DNA from: Callorhinchus milii
Lineage: Eukaryota
Assembly: GCF_018977255.1 (NCBI RefSeq)
Contig: NW_024704742.1
Span: forward strand, 42,472,001 to 42,536,000
Direction: 5' to 3'
Length of the DNA: 64,000 nucleotides
The translations under genes were made by a program, and so were the position numbers. The notes beneath the pieces are model-generated. The model did no database searches. It was not told the origin of the DNA and worked only from the letters and a program-made list of their open reading frames with translations. Position 1 is the stretch's first letter; each line of letters starts with the position of its first letter. Positions 13,571 through 25,580 of the stretch are shown piece by piece.

Positions 13571-14519
13571 GTTTAAATGATGTAGAAGAATATTGGAAAA
13601 TAAAGGTACCATATGATAAGGAGAAAAGGAGGTGAAAGGGAATAAACAAATAGTCTAACAAAATAGCAGAATATGCTAGACAGCCTGAAATGCCCCCTGT
13701 TCATCTGTACAGATTTAGCTCTGTGGCAAAGGCTTGCTGGAATGTAGATAAAATGCTTTCCTATTCAACCTGTTAATTATTGATAGTGATTCTATTAGAG
13801 TTCTTATTAAGACATTACTTTAACGTACATACGGTATCAAAACCAAGCTGATTAAGATCTATTCTTGGTCATAATAATATGTTTTAATTATTTATAGTCA
13901 TTTTTTAAGTTAGTACTATGCAGGGTTTTTTTAACAGCTACTTAAAATGAAGTGTTAGGCAATGTGTAGTGAACTTACCATCACACAAGTTTTATCTAAG
14001 AAATTGTTCAAGCTAATGGCCTGCTCTCTCATTCTCTGATATTACAAACATAGTGTAATACCACTATATTGGAAGTGCAAGAAATTTAAACAGATGTAAC
14101 ATATTAATATCAAAGTCTAAAGACAGTGGTACTTGTTTTATGTTCAATAATCCTGCAATGGTGTTAGTCTGTTTGTCACCCACCAATAACAAGGTACAGA
14201 TGCATGTCTATGACGATACTGATGATATAGTGCCCTCAATGTCAGGATCATGCACCAGTGGGACTGTGCATGACACAAATACTAATATTGTACAATTATC
14301 TGTACTTTCTATTCATTACAATCATGCAATGCAACTCTCAGACACTTTGGGCTCAATTCCAGACCCAGGCATGAATCAAGCAAATAATCATTCACCTCGG
14401 AGCAAGAACAACATTGCATTAGAAGAAAATAAATCTAATTATTGTGATTAAAGAGAGTTTTCGAAACCAATAGAATTTCCAAGCTGGGTTGAGAAAAAAC
14501 TAAGTATGATAGAAATTGC

Positions 14520-14630
14520 AAATAAAATGTGACAGACAACTTAATGGAGCTAAAATAGGATAAGTCGCCCAGCCCAGATAAACCACATATTTGACGCTTA
14601 AGAAAGTGGCTAATGAAACCAGTTGCAATC
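14520..14630 (+). mobile_element. Very degenerate CR1/L2-type RT fragment
   Basis: Translates as LMELK*DKSPSPD, resembling the recalled K(S/A)PGPDG RT motif. Confidence 0.4.
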
Positions 14631-17600
14631 TGCTCGGTATCTTTTGTCATTAAGTATGGATCAAAATAAATTGATGAGGCTGGGAAAGGGACATTAATGG
14701 TGGGGATATAGTATAAAGTAAATGGAAGACACAGACACAACAAAGTAGAAGGATACATGAGTACAAGTGAACAGTGCAATGAAACCATTAGCATGATATA
14801 TGACAGCAGAGAAGGAAGCAATATTTCTTGGAATGTACAAACACAGGGATAGATGATGAATTCTAGTGGAAGTGCTAAAAAACAGGCCACTCTTGGGGCG
14901 TCAAGAAGTGGCTCTTTGAACACACACAAGTCCAGGCAAGTCTGTGGCAAATCGATACCTATTTCCAGTAGCTACTAAGCCATGATTCCCATGGTTAGGC
15001 CATAATTAAAGAAAAATTAAGAATAAAAATAATAAAGAATACCTGATGATTGGCCACTTGAACTGCAATTTATCCTGCTAATGGAAATGCTACCAGCGAG
15101 TAATGCAAAACTGCCTCTGATTTGGAAACTTTTCCATATACTGACAATAAATTTAGTTTAAATCATGCTTCTTCGCAATATTTTCTAGTTGTTGTAGTGG
15201 TTTTACAGCTTGTCAAAGATGATGCCATTATTACTAATGATGATGCAATCTGAATATTATGGAAAGTGATGTCGTTTTATGTTATCCAGTGCTTCAGTAA
15301 ATTTTATGATCTAAAGAGCACTCTGCACAAAGACCGTACAAATGTACTGTATGCATCCAGAAAATGTGCTTAAATAAGATGTTGTACATTGCAAGGGTGC
15401 TGCTAATGCATGGAACTGGAAGAACAAAGCATCTGAAGAGAAGTGGGGAGGGGAGATTCAATGCTCCTCTGGTCAGCAGTTATCTGTAACTTTCTACGTT
15501 CCTCAAAAACATAATCATAAATGTCACAGGGAGTCTTTAGGTTATTTACACCATGTTCAAGAAATACTACAGTAATAATCCTTACATTTGATACATTACC
15601 TTACAGGCCCCAGTGCATTTCACAGAATATACTGTAATATACAAAATACAAAGCCTAGTGACTTTATATTTTGTAGGCAGATAATCACAGACAACATGTA
15701 TCTGGCTAATGCTGGAGAATACTCATCTGTAATGCTATTGATGAGTATTATAGGTTAAGAAAAAGAAATACTAGCAAAATACCTGTAAAATTAAATAATA
15801 CTGTACTAGATAAACACATCTATCAATAAACTAAGTGGGTTTAGAATGTTTGACCTGCACATCTTATTTTGAATGAACTGTGTAAATTTTATTGCTTTAG
15901 TTTTCAAAGAGATAGCATAGTGAACACTTTGGTTTTAGTTAGAGCCTCTTCAAAAGGACTCATGTGATACCCAAATTACCAGGGGTTACAACCACTGGCA
16001 ATCATTGTAAGGAATGTATATATAAATTGTTTTTTCTGTCCTGGAATCAAATCCTAAGTGAAAACCCAAGCCTATCCAATTTAGTAAAATTGGGCTGTTG
16101 TGTTAAACATCCGAATTTTGGTCACTTTGACTTGTCAACTGAGCTGTCTGTCACTTTAAGGAGATGATGATACATTAATGGAGATGGATAATCTGTCATT
16201 CTGTGTTTCATTGTACCAGTGTGCAATACTGTATCATTCTGTACTCACATCAAGGCTACCCATTTGTGATGTTTGACAGGCATCAAAAGAGCAACTGGAA
16301 TCAGGAAGGCATTTTATTTGCTTCATGCTTCCTCTGAGAGGGAAGGGGAATGGGCCCAATTTTGTTAGGTTTCGCGTAAAGGAGAAGCCTGAGTCCAGGT
16401 AGCCTAGTGAAGAGAGGGAAATGAATCCAGATTCCCTGGTGAGCGTGCAGAATCTAAGTTGCGTGGAAATAGTCTATTTTATACCGTGTGTACAGTTATT
16501 TGGAAAACTTTATATTTAAGGTTCAAGCAATGTTTTGAAAATATTTTGGAAGATTTTAAAGAATAAAAAAGAATTCCAATTGAGGAAACATCTGGCCTGC
16601 GTGCTGTGGATTTGCTATATCATCACATCATCAAATTTCTTACATTAAGGGGAGGACAAGCCATTTATTGTAATAAATGGAGGTCAGTTTTGGCCCTTGC
16701 GCACTATCAACAAGATAGTTGGAAGAAAATTCCCATTCATAGACTTTCTACTATATATGTTTTTGTCACAGGGCTGACTGCTAAAGAGCTTCTGAAGTCC
16801 CAAAGGAAACAATGAGTGATTATTAAGAGCTAATCTGTGAATTCCTTACTTCCGCATCACAGTTCAACCTTCATGGTAACACCCAAACCAATCTACTTCA
16901 TACTAAGCAGAACTGAAGGGCAACGTTTTTGCATTGTCTTATCAGATGGAATATAGCATGGAAGGTCACATTAACAAGGTTATATAGAGTCAAAATAAAA
17001 TTTGCCTTAATTTTTCCTTGGACTGATAATGAAATGTCAGAATATTTTAGTTTCAATATATTGCTGGCGCAGTCTATCAGACCATGTAGCTGAAATATAG
17101 TAAATAAGAATGTTTTCAAAAAGTAAGATTGATCTAGATCCACAGGGATTCTAGAATAACATAGGGATAAAATGCAGCTTATGTTGTGGGTTTTGAGGTT
17201 AGTCAAGGCTTTGAGGTTAGTCAAGGCTGACACTCCAGGACAGTGCTGGAGGATGCCTTCAGATGAAATGTTAAACCAAGATCCTGTTGAAGTGGTTGTT
17301 AAAGATCTCATGGCACTATTTAATAATAATCCTAGCATTTGATATAGTGCCTTATCACATTGTCGAGACACCTCAAAGCACTTCACGGGAAATACTGAAA
17401 AATGTAGTGACAATGTATTTTGTAGGCAAAAGAAACAGACAATTTGTGCAAAACAACTATATGAATGACCCATTTTATCTGAGGATTTGTTGGCCAGAGA
17501 AGGAAATTCCTAACAGTGTTCACCAAAAAATAATAATCCTCCAGATTACTTGGCCATTGCTGGTTTTGGGACATTACTGTGTGCAAATCGGCTGTCATAT

Positions 17601-20269
17601 CTGCCTACAACTACACAGTTACTGCACTTTACAGCAATTATCTGAGATAATTGAAACACCTTGAGATGTTTTGACGTTATGAGCGCTATATCAAATCCAA
17701 GAATTATTATTGTTATAGAATCAGCAATACCAATGTTTTATGTCCTTGCCAATGACAGGTTTGGGAGTGAACACCCCCAATATTTGGAGAATGTTTTCTC
17801 CTTTCAGGCAGTACTTTTGCCACCAGCTTTGATTTTTATGTTGTAGGTGAATTGTTTAGAACTGAATTTTTACTTTTGAATGATTTTTTGGACCAGTATC
17901 AGACGAAGAAGTATGAATCTTGTGTTCTCTATGGTGGCATTAAAGATTTTCAGTATCCTCACTGGGACAGGAAGGCAAAATGGACAGTATTTCCTCCTCT
18001 CCTTTGCGACAGTTGTCAGCACTCTCTCGCAGTTTCAATACATAAAACAATATTTGAAACTGGGTAGCAAACGGATTAAAACTTTAACCACCAAACTCGG
18101 ACAGACCACATGGGTGCTGTGTTTTTCTAATTTCTTTTTCTGAGAACTTTCTAACTATGATGGAGCCACTTCAATTGACGTATGTTCCCCTGGGTTAGGG
18201 AGGGGAAACACAGTCCAGAATTCTCACTCTTGATTACTACACAGGAACCCCTGCTGGAAGGTGTGTGTGAACAGTAGGTGAGGACCGCGTTGAAATTGGC
18301 TGTGATTTTACAGCTAATAGCTTGCCAATGCTCACTTTCAAGGTTCACACCTGAATAAAAGCCACTTAGAGAAGTTATTTAAGGACATCCAGCAGCCTTG
18401 GAACTGCAGCCCAGTAGGAGAAAAAATAACAACAACAATTAAAATTTTAATAGCAGTTACCGTAGAATCATAAAAATTTACAGCACAGAACAACTTGCAT
18501 TTATATAACGTCCCGGAGCATTTGACAGTGGCGGAGTCTGACACCAAGCCAAGGGGAGAGGGAGTCGGGGAGCTGACCGTAAACACGATAAAATAGGAAG
18601 GTTGTTAGGCAGTATTTGAAAGGGAGAGAGTTCCAGAGTTTCGGGGTGTAGTAGCTGAAGGCTACTGATGGTGGAGCAGAGGGGACGAGGGAGAAACAGG
18701 AGGCCGAACCCAGCCGAGCAGAAGCAGGCTATGCCGTTCTGTCATGAGATCGGAAAGGACTATTGTACCTGTAGTTATAGGAGTGATGTATTTACGGAGA
18801 ACAAATGGTTTGGCAAAGCTTTGGGCTGAATTTCCAGCTTGTCTAAGCGTCGAAGGCAATTTTGTCTTAAAATTAACACTAGTGCAGAATTCTAGGAAAC
18901 TTTTAAATTCAGTCTACAATTGCCTTTTTTAGAACTGTGGAAAACTGGCTTTTATAAAAGACTAAATTGTTCCTACATTTTCTTAAGCTTTGAGACTAAA
19001 TCATCTTAAAGGTGAAATTGCGAGTCTCATATTTTCTATTTGGCAACTGAGAGCAACTGTTTATAATGTGCAATAATACAATGAGTTGCTTTGATATCAC
19101 TTGTGGTATCAGATTGTGCGTTTGTAAGTAAATGAACAAAAGATTTTTCCCAAACACTTTTGACGAAGAGATGGCACCTTTAAGGGAAAAGTAAGTTTCA
19201 TTCATACCGAACAAATTAATGATTTACATAAAATGCTGGCTTGTTACTTCTGTCCTCTGTCTGAAGCTGAATAATGATGTGTACTCCGGCTTCATGTCTC
19301 TACTCTATTCCTAAACATGATTAACATTTTTCACCTTTCACAAGATGACTGCAATAATGAATGGTTGCCCAGTTTAATTTAAAAATGATTTTCTTTTCAA
19401 AAACAGAGATATTCAATAAGAGATTAATATTAATGAGAAGTACACGTATGGGGAAGTAGATTTTTTCCCCAAGCTGCTAGTTGCATTCATTATTAAAAGG
19501 TGCTAATGTTATTCATTGAAACTAATTCTCTGCAAACCTACACTGATATATTTCACTGCAAAGTATATGCTATATGATTATTATATTTGCTCTAGCAACT
19601 GGCACATAAATACCGGGTGAGCAAAAAAGTTGTGATATCTACCCTATTATCGAAAAACAAACAAAAGTGTCATTATTTCTTTAAGACTTATTAGACATTG
19701 TAATGGTATCATGACTTTTTGGTCTCCCTATACTATAGACATGTGAAGAAAAGATTGTAATTGATGCAGTGTCCTGCTGGGTAGCCTCAAAACATTTAAA
19801 ACAAATCAAACAGATTGGGACTGCACTGCACAGTAAAATATTTCTCCCTTGTAAGTTTGCAATTACTTCCTAATGGCAGAAAGAAATAGGCAGCAGATGA
19901 TAGCGGGTAAAGTAAAATTGATGGATCTTAAAACCGCAAATTTGCTTTAACATGATCATGGAAATATTTTGTTTCTGGAAAGATTTACTGATAGAATTTA
20001 GATTGTGAGCTATAGCCGCACAGCTGTCTAGAGCAACAAACCGATGACAGAATTACGTGAGAAACATACCAACAACCCTTAGAAATGGAAATGAAATTGC
20101 ATTAGTTTATAAGTAAGCGCTTATGAATTCTGTATTAAAGATTTAAGATCTCATATCTCTTAAGCTCCAACGTATTGTCAAAGGGGTTTTCTTCAGCATC
20201 TGTCAATGTTCAATTTTTCTTGTTAAATTTAGAGGTTTGTCATATATTATTTTCAATTGAATGGGTAAA

Positions 20270-20516
20270 ATACAATACAATATAAAATTACATTTCTATA
20301 GTGTCTTTCACTTTGGGAGGCCTCCCCAAAGCGTTGGATAGTCCAGTTTTTGGATCTGCGCTGTGGGGATTGGGATCGGGGAGGGTGGAGGGCAGGGAGG
20401 GTAGGAGGGTGGCCGAAGGCGCGTTGAAAAGTAGGGTCTTGAGACATGCCCTAAGGAGGTAATGGAGGGAGCGAGGAGAAGTGACTATGGAGTGAAATTC
20501 CAAAGGGTGGGGGCAG
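20270..20516 (-). mobile_element. L2 LINE 3' end
   Basis: Reverse complement of an L2 ORF2 end and 3'UTR, with a (TATTG)-type tail. Confidence 0.75.
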
Positions 20517-22110
20517 ATTACCCTGTTGTGATGTCCTAATTTTGTCCTTCAGTCTATCAGCTTTGTCTCATTTCACATTCTGAGTAACACAGCAACACAT
20601 GATGGTTACAGACTCTTAGCAGAATATTGCGTGGAGATTATGAATTTTCAAACCAGCATTGGCACCTGCTGAATCTGCTACAGAGATTTTGGCTCATACA
20701 GGTTTCGATCCTATTCACCTACCAATGAGCACTGGATGGCATGGCCACCACCAGGTAATAGCAGGAGTTTCCAATTTCGCAGTTATAAACAGCAATGCCA
20801 AACAGCAAGTGAGGTAGCATGTGCAGCTAAAATGTAAACAATCTCCCAACACCAAAAAAATCAGTAGAGATGAAGCTTTTCCTTGTGGCTGATTTGGGAC
20901 TTAAAGCATCTCTTAGATCAATTACACACAGTGGGTGTCTAATGAGTTATATTGCAAAGATTAAATACGTCAATGTATTAGAGGTTCATTTGGCGCAATA
21001 CAGTTTGCAAATATTTTATAAGGATTTGATATTTAATATTAGATTTGTTTATTTATGCTGCCGGGACATTGTTTTCTTTCCATTTGGTTCAAGTATTTTT
21101 TAAGTGCTACAAGGAAGCTACAGTGAGTAACATTACTACTTCACAAGACAATAAATAATATACATTTAATTGTGCATTTAATATTAATATATGTGTTGGC
21201 GAAACTCAGACAGCTCATCTACTTTACTGTGTCTCATTAACAGGCTGCAGTCATTCACTTTTTAACCCCTTCAGGCTACATGTAGGTTTAATCAAAATGC
21301 ACTTCCAGTGGGATTGAAACTTCTATGCGTTGAAATACAGTTTATACATCAGTACAAAGTGTCTGACACACTAATAATGCCAACCACAACACATAGCGCC
21401 AGAATAGGATTTCTAAAATAATGAAGTTCCGTGATAGCAAGAATACTAATAAAATGTCTCATGTTCTTGTCAACCAGACACATTTTGGGGCATAATAATG
21501 TTTCAGTCAACCAATTGTCTGGTCAACCCTTTAAATCCTTAACTTTAAATTATACTTATTCAGTTGCAATGATAGATATTGAGACACAATGCAGAACTTA
21601 TGAGACCCATTATTTTCAGACAGATAGTTCAAAAGCACTCGCTTTGGGAAACGGTTTGGTCAATCCCATTATTTAGAACAAAATCTTTTCGCCGGCATGA
21701 CAGAAATGCATCTTTGTCAGGTCAATACTTGAGGTTTGCATTGCAAACACACACAGTTAGCAGGTGAGACACAGACGGAGTCAAAGCTATTTTCCTTTAC
21801 AGCCACTGACTGACAGCTTGAACAGAGCTGAACTGTGCTTCAAAAGAAGCATTGATTTTCTCCTTGTTACAGGCATAGTTGGAGAAAGCGAGTGCCACAT
21901 CCGAAAAAATACAAAGGCAGCAAAGTTCATCACTGTTAATTATTCTTGTGCGTTGAACTCCATCACAAAACTTGGGAGCTCAACATCAAGTGGAGGAAAA
22001 CCAGAGGAGGAAAATCCCTTGGACCACTTTCACTTTAAAGTTTGCTGCAAACCCCCTCTCTGTTAACACAAAAACCCTGCACACCACATCCAAGGCGGGC
22101 GGTCCCTTAC

Positions 22111-22210
22111 CTTCAACAGTTGCTTCCAGCAGACCGAACTGCTCCAACACTTTAACAAACAGTACAATCACCACCAAGACTGCTATCATTTCAAGCCCTT
22201 CCAAGTTCAT
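22111..22210 (-). CDS. KCNIP4: Alternative first coding exon of a Kv channel-interacting protein, KChIP4a-type, encoding the KIS N-terminus MNLEGLEMIAVLVVIVLFVKVLEQFGLLEATVE plus the first base of the next codon
   Basis: The translation closely matches the human KChIP4a N-terminus as recalled (MNLEGLEMIAVLIVIVLFVKLLEQFGLIEAGLE-D). The ATG is in GCGCC-ATG context. After 33 codons plus 1 nt comes a canonical donor GAAG|GTAAGG (intron starts at 22110), the phase expected for the split Asp codon. The paralogous KChIP2x exon is similar, but exon length and the large exon-free flanks favour KCNIP4. Confidence 0.88.
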
Positions 22211-22860
22211 GGCGCTCAGGTCATCGCCTCTCCCTCTCTCTCTCTCTTAGGTGCGGCAGAGAAAGGTGCCTCCTGTGGGTTGTTCCAGTCGGGCTGTCGG
22301 TGAGGCCATCCAACTACGTTAGGTGTAGGGGCCGCGGTTCAGAGAGTGAGCACATCCTGCACATCCCAGCGCGGGCCAGGAGTGGCAGTCGGATTAACTC
22401 TCGGGATTATCCAACTCACTCGTTATCTCTGCTGCACAGAGAGGCAGCTCTGCATCAACGAGCACAAGGATCACCCACAGAGACCCCCCCACTCCCCCCC
22501 CACCCTCCTCCCCCTCCTCCCAGGAGGTCATTCAGTACAACTCCCCCCAGACAGACTGCGGGCTGGACCTCTGGGGGCTTCACAGCTCCCTGTGCCGGTG
22601 CTGCCGGTGGCGTTATTGCGGACAGTTTAAGTCGCCTTTAGTAACTGCGGATGCGGATTCGCATCGGATGCCGCACAAAAATCAGACTTCGTGCAGCCGA
22701 GGAAAAGTGAGCAGCAGCAGCAGCAGCAGAAGCCACACACACACACGACAGGGAAAGCCTTCTTCACGCCTTCGTTCGCTGGTGACTGTCAGCTCGACAT
22801 TGCACCGCACCTTTGCAAAGGTTTTTTTTTCTTTTGCGGGTCCCGCTGAAGCATTCACTT
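22211..22860 (-). promoter_or_regulatory. GC/CpG-rich promoter and 5'UTR region of the KIS exon
   Basis: GC and CpG content rise markedly against the AT-rich background. The region contains a (GA)n tract at ~22229-22247 (minus strand), G-runs at ~22484-22521 (minus strand), (CAG)n at ~22711-22728 and (CA)n at ~22734-22746, and no interspersed repeats. The TSS cannot be determined. Confidence 0.6.
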
Positions 22861-25164
22861 GTCACTACTTTCTCTCCACCCAACGAAGCCTGGTCAGAGT
22901 TTTGAAAGGTAAATGCAACTGAAACTTTTTGTCAGTTCCTTTTTTTTTGTTGTTGTTGCTGTTGTTAACAGGTGTGTGGTTTTTTTTTGTGTGTTTTTTT
23001 TTTAAAAAGAGTTTGCTGGCGCTTACCTTTGGAAACCCTGGTTACATTATTGCCTGAAAGATGCTCTGCTCGGGCAGAAGCCTTTCATTGCAATTGCTCA
23101 CTTCAGCAGAAAAGAGCCTGAGCTCCAGGAAGTATGCTTTGCAATGAACACGAATGCATGTGGGCACACTTCAGTGTGATGAGTTACTGCAAACTCCTGC
23201 TGCCTCGTACGAAGAGCTGGGAGCTGGAAAGAGCTTTCTCCTCCAGTCAGCTGCCTTCGTTTAAAGCCAAGCTCCAGGCAAATGCAGGGAGGGCAGAGGA
23301 GAAGGTGCAACAGAAAAAAAATAAAACAGACCACTTGCTGCTGTCTGACTGCCTGCAATGAGCAGATCGGCGCAAAGAAATGCAGAGCAGATCTAAGAGC
23401 GTTGAACAAATAACATTGACGTTTGCAATAGTTTCCGTATCCAGAGCCTAAGCTGAAAGAAATACCTGCAGTCGGAATGTAACGTTGGTCACAACACTTC
23501 AGTGCATACAACACATTGTTCAGTGCTGTAGGTGATCTGACAGAGTGTGTGACAGTTATCTATCAGAGATGATGAAAGACTAAAAGTTCAGGAACACTCA
23601 TTTGGTTTTCAATCATTCCCTGAAATCACGAGCTGGAGAGCCATTCATAATGTTCCTGTCGGCACCAGGTTATAGAAACACATGTTTTCCTCCATGTGTA
23701 AATACTGTTCATGATACATACCAAAATAGAAATGAAATTAGAGTGGACTTTTAATTTGTCTTCAAAGGTGCCCGTGCAAGGTCTCAGTGGCCACAGATAA
23801 TGATCCAACATTTCTCTACATCTTGCTTCAACACTTAGTTGGTGGTGCTTCTCTCTCACATGCCTGCCAGAATGTACCAAGAAGCAAACAGAAACTATCA
23901 AATGATTAAGATCTTTTGATCCAGGGAAAATTCAGTACACAAAAGAAAAATCACTCAAGAATTATAAAGTGCTACGAGAGAGCAGTCAAGACATAGAACA
24001 AGTGCAATCATTCTAAGTGTGACAAACAGGAGAACAGTGCTCAATATACTTTGTAGATGTTGCTGTTTCACTGCTTATTCAGTCTACGGATTGAATGGGC
24101 GCTTTGAAATAGGGGAAACCTATTCGATATGGAGACAAGAGAATACAAATTAGCCCCAAAGACTATTCTAATGTCTACAACATACTCCATCCTATTTACG
24201 ACTAAGTTGTTGTCGAGGGAGGTAAATATTTACAGGTCAAATTGCAAAAGGAAAGATTGTCTTTTGTCACTGACATTAAAGGTCAAAAGTAAAAACTCTG
24301 GTCATAGCATTACAATAATGGAAATTCTCAAGCTTTAGGAAAGGGTTATAGCCCGAGGAAAAGACAACAAATCCACAGTTATGTCAGAACTTCACAAATG
24401 TATTTTATCTCTTAACTCACAACATATACAGCAAGAGAAATAGACCTTGAGATAATGATACTTTTGTATAGTTTAATCGAATATTTGTTGCAAGATTTTT
24501 TTTTCTGTCTATGTATGTCTTGAAATATGCTTTTTTGGTAATTGTTTCAATTCATTTCTATGTCTCTTTCTAGCTACTTTGGTGTGTGTGTGCATGTTTG
24601 TATTTACTAGTGTTTGACAAGCAAAGGGAAGCCAGCAATATTATTTACACCTGATATAAAAATTTAATTAAAAAAAATCATACTTGGAGCCAATTTGGAT
24701 TCAAGATCTTGTTATTCCATCAAAATGGCAATTTACTGTGGAACAGATGTCATCCGTTGGCTTTAAGTAGGAAACAACTCTTTCCAAACTACCGATCACC
24801 CAATGTTTAGAGATCAATCAATTGAATCCATTCAACAGATTATTTAGCAGACTTCAGTGGGCTAAAACTCCAGATAAAAACATAATTGTTACAATTGCAT
24901 TGTGTTGTTATTTTTTACTTGCTTTTTAAATGAAGATTGTTCACTTGTTAAATTGATAGAAAAGCATTTTCGAATGATATTAACCAACTGTTAACAAAAT
25001 TGAGTGAGCGCCCAATGTTACAATGCAGCGAGAGTGCAAATTGAGTTTTCTTTCATTAGTTTTCATTACAAGGTAATGAAAATGCAGCAGCGAAAAATGA
25101 CACACCTTCAATAGTGAGTATCTCATGGTTTAGAGGCAGCTAAGGAAATAAAAATGAGGTGTCA

Positions 25165-25580
25165 GCCTCTGAGTCAGAAGATTGTTGGCTCAAGCCCCAC
25201 ATCGACAAGAACAACAACAACATGCATTTATACAGTGCCCTTCATGCGGGGTAGTGTCCCAGAGCGCTTAAAAAAAACATTGGGGCTGGGGGTGCGCTAC
25301 ACTATCAGATGAGCCATTAAACTAAGGCCTTGTCTACCTGTTCAAGGGGACGTAAATATCCCATGGCACTATTCGGATATTTATTGGTGTCTTGGCCAAC
25401 AATCCCCCTAAAAATTGGTCATTCACATCATGGCTGTTCATGGGACATTGCTGTGAGCAAATTGGTTACAGCTTAAAAATGTACAGTGACTACACTTTAC
25501 AGTGAAATCATGTGAAGCATTTTGAGATGTTTCAACAGCATGGTAAGGTGCTGTATAAAATACACAGATTATTATAACCA
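25165..25580 (+). mobile_element. Deu-domain SINE interrupted by a short antisense L2 tail
   Basis: Deu core at ~25305-25400. An inverted L2 tail CAACAACAACATGCATTTATACAG lies at ~25210. Confidence 0.65.

Noticed and set aside
14435..14950. 171-aa hydrophobic ORF
   Set aside because: It reflects T-rich compositional bias and partly overlaps an antisense LINE remnant. I recognise no homology.
16898..17473. 191-aa ORF
   Set aside because: It runs through SINE fragments and an 18-bp tandem duplication, with no recognisable domain.
21986..22110. C-terminal part of the 74-aa ORF (GKGPPALDVV...)
   Set aside because: It lies past the GTAAG donor, where similarity to KChIP stops, so it is intron read-through.
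1..22110. Downstream KCNIP core exons (EF-hand region)
   Set aside because: None were recognised in the ORF track or by eye. Short exons could be missed, but a very long intron is expected for KCNIP4.
22900..22975. Plus-strand AAG|GTAAAT donor and poly-T..ACAG acceptor suggesting a divergent transcript
   Set aside because: Motifs alone in low-complexity T-rich sequence are insufficient.
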